A DNA stretch of 59,962 bases, taken from NCBI GenBank assembly GCA_051942205.1, contig JAVECO010000148.1, positions 1 through 59,962 on the forward strand, in the 5' to 3' direction. The translations under genes were made by a program, and so were the position numbers. The notes under the pieces were generated by a model. That model was not told where the DNA came from. It did not search any database and saw only the letters and a list, made by a program, of their open reading frames with translations. Below are positions 1 to 12,234 of this stretch, piece by piece (positions within the stretch are counted from its first letter, which is position 1; each line of letters starts with the position of its first letter). The stretch comes from Coniocarpon cinnabarinum. Lineage: Eukaryota.

Positions 1-1175
1 GGGTGGGAGGGGAGAATGGGAAGAGGGGAGGATGGGGAAAACAGGTGATAGGAAGATAGGAGAAAAGGAGGATAAGACGGGAGGATGTAGGATCTCGAGG
101 GACGCTGTTCTTGTATATATCATGAAGCCACGACCGAAACGTGCACATCCTCAAACCCCCCACAAAAAAATCTATGATATTTGTATAAGTACATCCGACA
201 TCTCCTTGAACGTAATACGAGAGAAATACAAAAATAAGAAATACAGTGTAGATGCTGTTCTTATGTGTGTATATATAGGAAGACATGACTAATGCTGGAT
301 GTATTTCGAGAAAAACATGATTGGACCAGCACATATCTCGATGAGAATATGTAAGCGGACATACGTGGGGAATACGCAGAGAATGCATGGAGATGCTTTT
401 CTTGGACCAGTCACAAGAGACGACTCTGACACTCATACATGCATACGTCTCAGCAAGAAGACGCTTGTACTTACGCCGCCCTGAGAAGTTGCAAGTTACA
501 GCAGTCGTTGAACAGAGCGACATATTACACACACTCATATCCCCCAAGAAAATGCAAGTGCAGCGCCAGTGTAGAGAAGCGACTGCACGAATATAAAACG
601 AAGTCATGATAAAGACACAACAATTGCATTCCCGCTATGTACGCTAGACACGAAGCTCACAAACCTCAGACATGAGCACCTTCGAACTCAAGACATGCTT
701 GAAACCATCTTGAAAAAAGAACCCTCCTGGATCCACCACCTGAGAAGCAGAAAATGGCGAAAATACGCAGTGTGCATGACAAAGAAGAGATAAAATCAAT
801 GCTTCGCGATGTCGAGACTGCAAGTAAGTGAGCGTTGGATGTGGCGAGGACGACGACTTTTAAGAAAGGACGGGAAATGTAATTCTTGCAGCAAGGGAAT
901 TCGGCTGACAGTAGAGTATAATATCGCGATTGGGTATCTTAGCGACTCGGACATATATGGACTTTTAGAGTTGATGCGGATGCTTTGTTCGGCAGGGATT
1001 TTTAGTATCGCAGAACTGGTAAGGTAGATTCATTGCGGGGACGTGCGCATGATCCATGGGCTGAAAAAAGATAAGGCGTATGGATTGTGTTTCGATTTTG
1101 ATTGTTCTTCGCAGCGAAGCAAACGGAGCTAATAGAGGAGCTAATTGAGTAGTAGACGTCCAGCATAAGGTTTGC

Positions 1176-3085
1176 TCAAACGGTGATGTGATTGGACTGA
1201 GGTGGCGGAGAAGAGAACATATGCTGCTGGCGCTCAAGGTTGTCATCATCAGTTTCGACATCCTCCATAGGACTGTCAACATCATCTTGAGCCGCGACTC
1301 TCCTCTGCCGCTTTGGGCACGGAGTGCTGTCAATATCTTGGGAGTGGCCTTGCGTCTCGTCTTCATCTTTGAGCATGTCTGTTTCCAGGTATGGATTGTC
1401 GACATCAAGCTCATCCAGATCGCCTCCCATGCTCACGGTGTCGTCGATCCAGTCCTGTGGCATGAGATTCTGCTCCGCAATGGTAAGGCCTGGCTCACCG
1501 TCACTGTCGATGAAGCTGGAGAAATCACCATTGCCCGTCGCGAGCATAGACTGAAGTGCCGAGTGGTTGCGAAGCGCAAGTGCAAAATTGTCATTGCGCA
1601 GACTAGATTCGTTAAACGTCACTTGGGGGACGTTGCCAGTCATAGATGGGTTCCGAAGCAGGTCCAGGGTCGACTGGTTAGGGCAATACGCCTGCTGGAA
1701 CATCCTGCTTCGAATGTGTCGAATAAGTTCGGGTGAAGGGGCAGACGAAGACGGATCTACCGCCACTCGACCGTTAATCCAACGCATTTTCGTTCGATCT
1801 GTGACAGATAAACAAATGACGCGTCCACTGCCCGTCATTCTCGGTCGTGCGTGGATACGACGAGGAGTGGGTGTGAACTTCTGAATCTTGTATGAGCTTG
1901 GGGTTATGGACGACACGGATGATTTTTGAGACATCCTGCGCTTCTTCTTGGAGAGCTTGCGCTTTTGCTTGGAAATTGAGAGTCGACGTCGCCTCTCGAT
2001 CTCATCATCGAGCTGCTCAAACTCGGCTTTCCGAATGGTTAGCAACCACGTGTAACTTCTCGTGTGCAATCTGAATGCAACGTACTATCACTTGAGGCGG
2101 TAGCATCACCTTTTGGCGCAGTGTCCGGTTCCTGCTTCACCTTGGAACTCGCTTCTTCGGGACTCGACTTTCTTGAGGAGCGGTCACTCGCGGACATCGC
2201 TTCAGTAACGCGAGCCATGCCCATGTTCGGATCGAAGTCTACAAACATCGGGCCATGAGTCTCAGTTGGGCCAGTTGTCTTCCCCCGAGTGTCGCTTTCT
2301 TGTGAGCCATAGGAATCCATGGCTTCACTCATGAAAGAAGGGGCGGGAAAGTTGTCGCTGTATGGGAAAGAGAACTCAAAATCGTATGTGCGCTGATCGT
2401 CCCAATTAATGTCAAGCGAAGGCTGGTCTTTGGCATCGTTCATCTGTGTGTCAGCTTGAGACCAGTCCTGCACATTTGCAGCCAGATGATGAGTATCCAG
2501 CTCTTCAATCGAGGCGTCGTTTTCAGATGCCTGACTGAGCTGGTCAATGGCGCCATAATCGTCGTCATCGTCGGCCACGTCAAAGTCTGATGCTTCTGAC
2601 ACGGTCCCCGAAATGTCTGAAAATGATGGGCGGCGGGCCTCCTGTATCAGCATGACCCCACCTTCTTCTTCGCGTTCTTGCGTGTTGTCCGTATCTCTTG
2701 AGGGCCCCGCCTGCTCAATGGTCTTGAGATCTTGCGTCATGCCCTTCGCGGTGGCGTCGGGCATGCGCAATGAGTCTTCAAGACCATTTGACTGAGCAGA
2801 CGGGGCAAGCACATCTCCAGTCTCGTCCACATCCCCCTTGTCATCGGCCTCGTCCCCTCCAGAGGCTTCTCGATCTTGGGTCGAGTCGTCGTCGGTTAGC
2901 TGTTGGGTATTTGACTGCGTGTTAGTAGATGCGGGATTGTTGCACGCAGCATTGCTGCTGGTTTTGCGTGCAGAGGAAGTGTCTTTAAATGCGACTGTCA
3001 TGTTGACATTAGTGGAAGTGTGTTCAGCTCCTGCGACACGAGCAGGGCTGCCCCGTGGGCTTTTATTACGGTGCGAGGGTGTCAT
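1176..3085 (-). CDS. Hypothetical acidic/low-complexity, probably disordered nuclear protein (2 exons, ~616 aa)
   Basis: ORFs 2039-3085 and 1176-2069 join in frame through a 59-nt intron 2085-2027 (GTACGT donor, GCTAAC branch, AAG acceptor, phase 1). Basic NLS-like run RRRRLSISKQKRKLSKKKRR. Confidence 0.75.
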
Positions 3086-4679
3086 GATTCGTAAAGCGCG
3101 TGGGCTTCGTATCTCATAGACGGGTGTTGTGAAGTCGACCGCTGAGGATGGTTAGGGTCAGTCTTAGTAAAGTGCTTGGAGAAGGACGGGGAGAGTCTCC
3201 GGACGCTCAAGGAATCCTAAGGTCAAGTCGCCGTCACGACGACGCAATCTTGGTGTAGTAAGACTTTGTGACCCCAGGCAAGCGAACTATAGTGTCTAGG
3301 GTGTGATCGTCACCGCACGAGGTTGAGTGATGGGCGAAAGAGCTGAGGCGTTGGGGGGTGACAAACGCGCGATTGATGGGCCGTTCGAGTTGTGAGATCT
3401 GAACTTCAGAGATGTCGGGCCTAGCAGGACCGACAGGTGCAAGAAACAGATCCAAATACGTCGATAGTCAGAGAGCAGGAATGGTTGAGCCTCACGGACT
3501 GGGAGACAAGCACGCGACTTGTCTCCCAGCAGAGGTTTAGGGCTCAACGACGGCCTGAGGCATGGCTCGTGACGATTTGGAAAGGTGTAGGGGATGTAAC
3601 TGATGTGCTTGATTGATCTAAGGTCGACTTCTTCGTCTGTTGAAATGGGGATGGTTGAAGGAGGGAAGGGAAGAAGAGAAAGAGAAGGGAAGGGAGCGAA
3701 GGAGGGAGGGAGAGAGACATTCTCTGGCGAGGGGCACTCTCCGACTTGCAGGGCGCTAGCGTCGACTGCAGGTCGCTGACTTTAGTCTGGTCTCTGAAGC
3801 TCCCCATGAAATGCAGCTGATGATGACCAGCATTAAAAGAAGCGACAGTGGTGATGAAGAGCGGTGAAGATGCGTCGTTGTTTCGTAATTCGGTAGCTAC
3901 ACTGCTGGTGCCAGCGTCTTGGGCTGGGCGGTATATACGTCTACTTTGACGGTTGCGCTCCTTCACCAAACCCCATTCATCGAGTACACTGTCCTCTCCA
4001 GATACAAAACATGGCCTCTGCAACAGCCTTCTTCGCCGTCTCACAACCTACCAAATGCTGAAAATTTGCATCACCATGCATGAGCTCGGGGCGCACAGAC
4101 CACGATCTCCTCGCGAAATCCTGCACCCCCAACGAGCACCTCAGCACGCGACAGCCAATCCTCCTCCACCCTCCCTTCGTGCGACCTGACGTTAGTTGTG
4201 CGTGCGAGATCCATGCGCGTGCACAAGTCTATGTCGAATGTGGGCAGCATCGTACTGTGCAAACATTGGATCACAAGGCTGTTGAAGGGAGTTGCTATGA
4301 CATCAGGGTGGGCGGCAGGACTGCCTGTGCACTAAGACGGAAGTTTTACGCGACCTTTATCACGTGATGTGGATCCTGTAAGTGTCTTGATGCCTTTAGC
4401 CAGTTGCCTGGCACCCTGGAACATGACTTCTAGATTGAAAATGCATGGTGCAGCACACAATTTTAAGTGTATTGCAAGATGCGCGACGGCCAAACGCTAT
4501 TCCAAGTAATCGCCCTTGCTCAGCCCATTCAACCACGCAATGGGACAACTTTAGACTGAGATGGAAATTAGACTGTTCCAAAACTCGTCAGATCCAATGC
4601 TGCATGCGCTCTTTCACTGCGTCTCCTTCCATGAAAAATCATCCTGAACATTCTCTGACTCGCCCTGCAGGCATGTATG

Positions 4680-5683
4680 TCAGACGTCGCAGCAAGTCTC
4701 AATCGCCTTCTGAATAAAGTCGGCAACTGCTTGAGGCTGTGTCATTGGTGACATGTGCCCACCGTCACAACGCCCGGTCATTTTGGACTCGGCCAGTTGA
4801 GCCATCTGCTGCTGCCAATCCACAGAGATCAGCTTGTCGTTCTAAGAGCATGTCAGCTTCTGAGGTGCTGCAAAGCTATGCCCTGCTACAGCACAGTTGG
4901 ACATATGATGACTCACCTCGCAAATAAGGTCTGTAACGTTCTAGATCAGTAACTCGATTCGCGTGTCATCAAGGCTCATAAGTACTCACATGAAGAAGAG
5001 ACTTCTCGCCATCCACAATAATTTGTTGTCCCGTCCCAGTCATTCCAGCATTCCGGTTGCATCATGTCATTCAGTCTCTTGACTTCGGCGTCGCTTTCGA
5101 CATTGTTCCACAGGAGTGATTGATCGCCAATCCACATGCGGGGTCCTGCCAATCGTGGTGAGCATGCACACCATCAACCAACATCTTATGAGCGTGCTAA
5201 CGGGGGACGAGTCAGCATACATCACCTACCCTAGTCTCTCGTTAACCATTTGAAGATTAGATATGTTGATCACGCACTTACATCTTGACGCATCCAAGGA
5301 AGACGAACATGGGTGTACCCCTCCGGTACAGTTGCTGCGGTGACAAAGATAATGTGTACCACCCCACCGGCTTTCCCGGCCATTGCTCGCGACGACTTCG
5401 ATAGGATCTCAATGGCCTCACTGCCGAGGAAGCCGCCACTGCTGTGCAAGACCATGACAACGTCTCGTCCTTGATCCACATGTTTCTCGACCGTCTGGCG
5501 TATAGCGGTGATATCATCCTTCATGGAGGATGACTCCGGTGGCGAACGATTCGGTGCGCCGGTGGCGGCATGCTCTGCAATGACCGTTTCGTATCCAGCC
5601 TTTCGCAGCAGTGGTTCTACGAACATTTATCCAGACGAGCCTTCCCAGAAACCGGGCACGAGTATTACTACAGGTTTCGCCAT
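4680..5683 (-). pseudogene. Alpha/beta-hydrolase (Abhydrolase_6/methylesterase-like) with an in-frame TAA at codon 19
   Basis: MAKPVVILVPGFWEGSSG*MFVEPLLRKAGY; nucleophile elbow VLHSSGG; downstream exons give GWREVSSSY-LICE-NDKLI (acid) and GGHMSPMTQPQAVADFI (His); TGA at 4682-4680. TAA at 5629-5627. Confidence 0.75.
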
Positions 5684-6127
5684 CTTTTGTGGGACTAGCT
5701 CTCGATGTTCAGCGATGTCTGGGAGGACACCACATCCAATTCACGTAGAATCAATGCAGTGTCGTGGATCCGAGCCAGCTTTTGAGTTCCGTCTTCAGGG
5801 TATAGCTCTTGTATGCTGATAAGAAGGTGTGCAAATGGTCTTTCGTTTACATCCCGTGGCCCTCCGAGAGCCGGAGCGCCGTGGTAGTGCTTACCTAGAG
5901 ACCGATTGCCTAAAGCATTCAGCGGCTATTCGAAGTCTTGGATTCGTTGATTACCACGATCATCAACGTCGGGGCCAGGTTCGTGGGTAGTTCGCCACAT
6001 CGAAGCCATATATTGTGCCCTAGTTTGGATGGCAGATGAACGCTTCTCCAGGATCAAGTTTCAAGTTCGTGAAACTCTTTTTTGTGGTTCGACACACTGA
6101 CCACTTGAGGCCTGAAACGCTGCTACC

Positions 6128-7007
6128 CTACGATCGCTTATGCTCATACGCATCAGCAAGGTCTCTAGCGTCAGGTCGAGACAGAGCCACGCCCTTCAGC
6201 CTTCCAGGCGTATACTCCGGATAAACCGGCTGCATTCGCAACCATTTCGCAATCTTTGACGCCAGCGACGAGACAAAATACGTAGCCGAGCGCCCGAACC
6301 AGCCTCCGAAAAGAACCACGTAATTGTCGCAATACCGCAGCGTTGTAAAGACCTGAACAGGAGTGTAGACGCCAAAGCGCGGTGCATCTTGAACGACGCC
6401 GCAAAGATTGCGGAAGAAGACTTCCTTGAAGCCATCCGCTTTTAGGGTGATCGTCAGTCCCATGCAGTGGTCAGTAAGAGGGCGGGAGGATGGTGCATAC
6501 CAGGATCTGTCCATTCTTCGACAATGACGTCGTCGCCTGTGTCGACTTCGGCGCGGAAGAGTTCATGGATTGCGAACTTTGGAACGATTTGGATGTCGTC
6601 TTCGGGCGTGACGATGCGTTCGCGGCCGTCTACGCGGACTTTGGCTCTTCCTTGGATGATCTTGAAATGCTCGTCGTATAGTTCATGCCAGTGAGGACCT
6701 ATATTCACGCCATCAATGGAGTGCGTGCTTCATGAGTTTGACGCAGAGACGGAGCATGTAGCCGGTAGTTACTCAGACAGTGTATATGCCAGGGTAGAAA
6801 TCTCCCAGACTACACACACAAGACGATGTTTAGGGCCCTGAAAGAGAGGTCGTATTCTCACCTACCTGGAGTGAACTTGCTTCCTCGAGGGATGCGAAAG
6901 GTGGTCACGCTATTGCGGTCTGCCGTCGGGAAGGTGAAGTAAACGGGCACTCCAGGCCGGTCTAAGAACGCGTCTTGCACAGCACTTCTATCAGGTATGT
7001 TGATCAT
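6128..7007 (-). CDS. Cupin (RmlC-like, Cupin_2) domain protein, multi-exon
   Basis: Exon 1 MINIPDRS...KFTP; next exon carries the metal motif PHWHELYDEHF...IVPKFAIHE; EEWTDP/DGFKEVFFRNL and PVYPEYTP are typical of this fungal cupin family. Confidence 0.8.
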
Positions 7008-7788
7008 GATGAGTATCCCGCTGTTGTACCTGAGAAAAAAGGATGTGCAAGGCGATCTGACACAGTTTCGAGCCTTGTTAATTCAAGGACGTTGAGGATG
7101 CGTCTGATCAAAGGTCCGAAACACGAGAGCTGGTCTTTCGTATGCAGAGGGACGGCAAGTCTTCAATATACGCAAGACAAGGGTCTTGTTGAAATCTGGT
7201 CAAGGATATTGATGGAGCACGTCAGAGAAGTTCAGTCTCTCCAGTTTTAAACCTCCAAGCAGGGGGAAAGGCGGATCATTTCGAACAGAGAACACCGCTC
7301 GCTAAAATGAGCAGGCCTTGCAAGTCTAGATTGAGAGCTGAGCGATACCCCAGTGAGACGCGGACGACCGCCGCTGCTCAAGTCGACCTGCATAAGCTTA
7401 GGGCTGGCGTGGCTGTGAATTGGCAGATCCGCCAAAATCCTTTGCAACGTCACGTGTCAGTCATAACAGCATGAGCCTCCCATCAGCGCGCTTCATGCAC
7501 CAACATAATCTTACCTGCAGCGAGGCTAGCTACTTGAGCTCTAGTCATCTGGGACGGTTTGTACCATGCCATGCTTGGCAGCCGGAAAACACCACCATAT
7601 CGATAGGTGGCCGTCATGCGGATGAGATGTTATAAAACAAGCACGGCATTGGTCTCAGCACAGAGGTCGTCAGCCGGCCATCAGTACAAGATCTAACGTA
7701 AGTATAAGCGCAAGCACGATAGGTGGGAGCGAACGTGAGCTGTAGAACGAGCGTAAGGTCATTTCTGATATTCCTTACTCGAAGAGGC

Positions 7789-10441
7789 TCAAGTCTCATC
7801 GTGCTGAAATGCCCAGCTGAACCAGTCGAAATATGGATTGACCCGTTCCGCGAGCTCACCTCTTTTTCTTTTTCCAAGATTCTGAGGTGAGGACGTAGAA
7901 GACTGCAAAAACTCGTTGAGTGTTTCCTTGCTAGTTCCGTTTGCTTGTGAGATCAAAGGACCCTTCGTCAATGCTTCATGTTGAAGGAAGGTCTTTGCCC
8001 TATCCTTGCTGTTAATCGTACCGAGACCAGTCCAATTTGATTCTGCATAGCCGCTGGGTGTCTCATCATTCCAGTGCGCAGTGTCTAGCATGGTTGAGGA
8101 GCTCGTATTGACGGCGCGGGTAGCCAGGTTCAGGAAAGCGTCGGCCACTCGCTTGAGCTGCAGTGCCACTTCGGAGTGTTCTCTCATGTGCTCGAGGAAG
8201 GTAGGCAAATGATGCAGGTGCTCAAGATGCATGAGAGAGCGCGAAGAAAGACACTCGGTAAAGACCACGAAGAAAGGTGTGAAAGGCTGGTACAGAAGTT
8301 GCCATGCTACACCATTGAATACGGATTGTTCTGAGGCTGAAAGACGAGGAAGGATTGCCAGAGCAGACAGTGCAGCAGAGAGCGTAGCGTGTGGGTTGGT
8401 GTGATACGCCTGATGAAGTACAACAGCTTAGCAATTGGCACTCTCATCTTGATGGTCTGTGCCCAGAGCTGGCTACGCACGGGAGGAGGTAAGTCAGCCC
8501 GAAGAGGATTCTGCCACTTACTTCGAGGACCTTTGTATGATAACCCTGAAAGAAAAGGTAGGATACACCCAAGTGAATCTCCATCCACGGACGCTCTGTC
8601 TCGGTTTCACGGTCTGAGAGCTCGCCAACAATGCGATTGATCTGGAGCTAAACATTAATCAAGCAGTGGGTGACTGCATAAATAAATACGCAGTATGAAG
8701 TGTTATGAAGAAAAGAGCGGAAAGACATACCCGCTTTACCTGTTCGAACCAGTCGTCTAGGTCTGCCAGCACGGATCTCTTCTTTTGACCTTTTGCAGCT
8801 GCCTCTGCTGGTCGAGTAATGCGCATCAGAATAGTGTCCAGGCCTAGGCGGGTGTGGAGGTGTACTTGACTGTAGTTTAGGAGAAAGCAATCCCGCTCGA
8901 ACTTTCGGGAATAACCAGTGCCAAGATGGAGGTGCTTGTAAAGTATACCTTGCTTGATACTCTGAACTTGCGTCGTATTCAAGTGCGGTGTGTATCCATC
9001 AATGATACCAAGTTTCGTACCCAGAATCTCGCAATCATCCTTAGGAATGGTTGGTGGACGACCGAAAGTTAGAGCAAGAGATTGGTCCATAGAGAAAATG
9101 AACCTGGTAATGATTCAGCAAAAGAGTCCCCTGAGCATGTCGTCTAAGAAAAAGTAATGGCACGCCAGATGTTCGTGCACAACGCTCGACAGTCAAAGGA
9201 CAACGTCAGGGACGTTGCTTTGAACTTGAGGAGTGTCCCGGTAGATTTGCTTACCGAAACATGAGCATGCGCTGCTGGGTCTCCATAGGTCCTGCGTGGA
9301 GGATCTCGCGTTCGCTAGGATTTTTGTGTAAGTTAAGGGCAAGCACCATCTTCGCTGCATGCGTGACCAACGTCCACAATCGTGTGGGGGTGAACTTATC
9401 CGGAAAATGTGCAGACAGAAGCATGAGACCACGTGCATTGTCCAACGACGGTTGAGTGTAAAGATCTGGGCGGTTGAGTGTCAGGACAGTGTTACGGCGA
9501 AGGCCCTGACCAATCTACATTAGCGAGGTTGTTGTTTAATGCAGGCAACTGACCGCTCTGCACGTCGATGATCGTCCGCTAGCATTACCAAAAGACCAGG
9601 GAGACATCATGTCAGTCTCTACGAAGTGGTGCTGCACATACCAAGCAAATGTCTGACCGTGGATCTTTACGCGTGAAAACGGCAGCCAATATGCAATTGA
9701 TCAAAAGCACAAGTCCACACTCGTCGTGAGCGCGAGGATCTCTGAGCAGGCGCCTGGTAGCATCATGGAGTAAGCATGCACTAATTTGCGACCATCGAGC
9801 CCATTGTGGCACGTCGATGTCCATACCTAATAAGGTCAAGCGGTGGTCGTGAAAACACGGCCTGAATACCCTCAATTGCCCTCAGAAACTCTGCAATTAC
9901 TGTCAGACGTCCGAAATTTGAACACCATACCGACGAATTCACCATCCAGCAGGTACTCCGCGGTACCCTCGTCAGGGGTCCAGTACGACAAGCCTGCGCC
10001 GACAGCATGGGGAAAGTCACTGCCGCCGCTTCCGAGACCGACCGTTCCAAAGTGCTGGCGTAGATTGTTGACGACCCCATGGTCAGGTACATATGCAGCA
10101 GCTTCGTCCAAGATGCCGAGAGAGAGATGGTGCTTCGACGTCCCGTGGTCTTGGTCGAGGCTAGCCTTGGACGAGGCAAGAGAGCCGGTGGATTCGCGCG
10201 TGGCCCACGGAACGCCGCACCATGAACCACCCTGTAGCGTACTATGCACGTCGTGGTTGTCGGTATGGTTGGCCGCACGTGTTTGGCTGACAGCGGAGGC
10301 CGGCTTGCGTTCCCTGACCGAGTACACACATGGCCCTGGCCATGGCTTGCATCTTTCACACTTTGGGAGTTGGCGGGTACATTTCAGCTTTTTCTTGCGG
10401 CAATGTTCACAAGCTTGAGGGGCAAGAGCGGGCTCAGTCAT
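7789..10441 (-). CDS. Zn(II)2Cys6 binuclear-cluster transcription factor with fungal-specific TF middle domain, many exons
   Basis: ACEHCRKKKLKCTRQLPKCERCKPWPGPCVY at the N-terminus; downstream exons include AAKMVLALNLHK and MDQSLALTFGRPPTI; C-terminal aromatic/acidic tail (FDWFSWAF). Confidence 0.88.
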
Positions 10442-11070
10442 TCCGGAGCGTGCCGAGAGAGCGTATCACGCTTGTCTTGGTCTGAGTGCGTACAAATGAG
10501 AGGCGACCGGCGCGGAGGTGTCGGCTGAGCGCGAAGCGTTCTCACGTGGCAAGAAAGGTTCGCATGCGCGAATTGCTTCTCGCTGCAAGATTCTGCGTCC
10601 ATGGCTGATTTCATTCGTCAGCGTAGGAGCTTTACCGGACAACATTGAAGCATTGAAGTCGCGCCGCATGACTTGAGCTCCGACCGAAATGATTGTGATT
10701 GGTCGATGTCGGGCACGGTAGGGCAGAGGCTCTCCACTGCAAGCGAATGTAGTCCCTGCGCCTTGGACAAGAGCCTCGTGTGAACTTTCGGGACGAGGGG
10801 AGGTGGCAGATCGTACCTCGACTTACATTGGTTCCATGTATAAGCCACTGCGCGCTGCACACGACTACAACACTACCCACAAACTACCTATACACCAGAG
10901 TCAACGCGCACATCTTGGCCTTGCAAACCAAAGACCAAACAGAACATGTGCATTACCCTTGTTTACTAGAAATACAAAACTTGCAGATGGTGCTGACAGC
11001 TCTCCCTCTCCGCAGAGGATCCCAGAGAAACACTCGAACGGTGTATGACATCGACAACTCCGCGGCCGAC

Positions 11071-12234
11071 TCATGTGTTTCGACCTATGGTGGAAAACAT
11101 GCTCTCCCCCTCCATCTCCTTGAACTTGGAAAGTTCAGGCAACATCGGTGGTGGTTCCTTGAGGCTGTCTCGACGCGTTGTGCTTGCTTTGCTCGGTCGC
11201 CCCTCGGCTGCTGCTCCTGAAGACTTCACGCCTTCCATGCTGTCCACTTCGGTCTTACCGTCAAGCTCTTGCTCACGCATCTTCTCTCGTTCGTATTCAG
11301 CGTCCATCATAGAGCTCATGTTCTCTCGCCCTGACCACATCCCGCTCTTTCTGCGAGCACTTCCCAGGAGCTCCATGCTCTTTTTTCGCATCATGCGTGG
11401 AAAGCTCTGGGAGACGCGATGTCCCGCATCCCGGTTGCCTTCATTCTCAGCCTGCTCTGAAGCGTGGAAGAGTCCAGACACATTTGGACTGCCTGGACGC
11501 TTCACCCCCCTTGAGTCAAGCGAGCCATAGGTGCCGTTCGAAGGATGTGACGTGTGTTGAGACCCGTCATTGTGCACGTGTGGCGTTTGCGCAAAGGATG
11601 TGTTGGAGGAGTTGCGGCTGCGAAGAGAGCTAAAGCTTCGAAACCTCAGAAATCTTTCAGCGAATGATTGTCGACGATTGCGGCCGAACGGTTTATCTGG
11701 TGGTGGGAGGTGGCCTTGATGATCTGCTGAGGTAGATGGACTCAACTCATGGCCTTCTTGCTGCATGCCGTTATGTTGATGATGTGACAGAGGACTTGGA
11801 GCGTTGGGAGTTTGAGCTCGAGCAGGTGTGCTGGTACCGTCCGTGGCATCCATGTGCGCGGAGTGGCCGCTAGGCTTGCTACTGCTAAGAGAATTGCTGC
11901 CTTGCCTTTGAAAAGGGAAACCGCCTTTTTCAGAACTTGTTGGAGCTTCGATAGGCGTGACGGGATGCGACGAGAGGGGCCCGTTGGCTTTGGGACTGAT
12001 GTGATTGCCGAGGGAAGCAGACTCGTCGTTTCCTGCCTTTTGCTGCGCATCCAATGACTGTTGCTGGGTATCTTCCTCTTCTGCTACCGGCGCTGGTATG
12101 GCGGTTCCATCTGTAAGAGAATACTCGACAGGATCAATGGAGAGGAAGGGTCGACGAGAGGTATTACTGCGGTGTACATTGACGCTGGAGCGGGGGGAGG
12201 AGGGCGATGACGCGTCGGAAGCAGGGGCAGCCAT
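11071..12234 (-). CDS. Hypothetical Ser/Pro-rich disordered fungal protein
   Basis: Uninterrupted 387-aa ORF with ATG in good context; PKA-like sites (RRQS, RKKS, RRKS, RRDS). Confidence 0.7.
   Translation of the reverse strand: MAAPASDASSPSSPRSSVNVHRSNTSRRPFLSIDPVEYSLTDGTAIPAPVAEEEDTQQQSLDAQQKAGNDESASLGNHISPKANGPLSSHPVTPIEAPTSSEKGGFPFQRQGSNSLSSSKPSGHSAHMDATDGTSTPARAQTPNAPSPLSHHQHNGMQQEGHELSPSTSADHQGHLPPPDKPFGRNRRQSFAERFLRFRSFSSLRSRNSSNTSFAQTPHVHNDGSQHTSHPSNGTYGSLDSRGVKRPGSPNVSGLFHASEQAENEGNRDAGHRVSQSFPRMMRKKSMELLGSARRKSGMWSGRENMSSMMDAEYEREKMREQELDGKTEVDSMEGVKSSGAAAEGRPSKASTTRRDSLKEPPPMLPELSKFKEMEGESMFSTIGRNT

Noticed and set aside
1..1100. Purine-rich stretch and short ORFs at the window start
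   Set aside because: Low-complexity UTR or intergenic sequence with no protein-like features.
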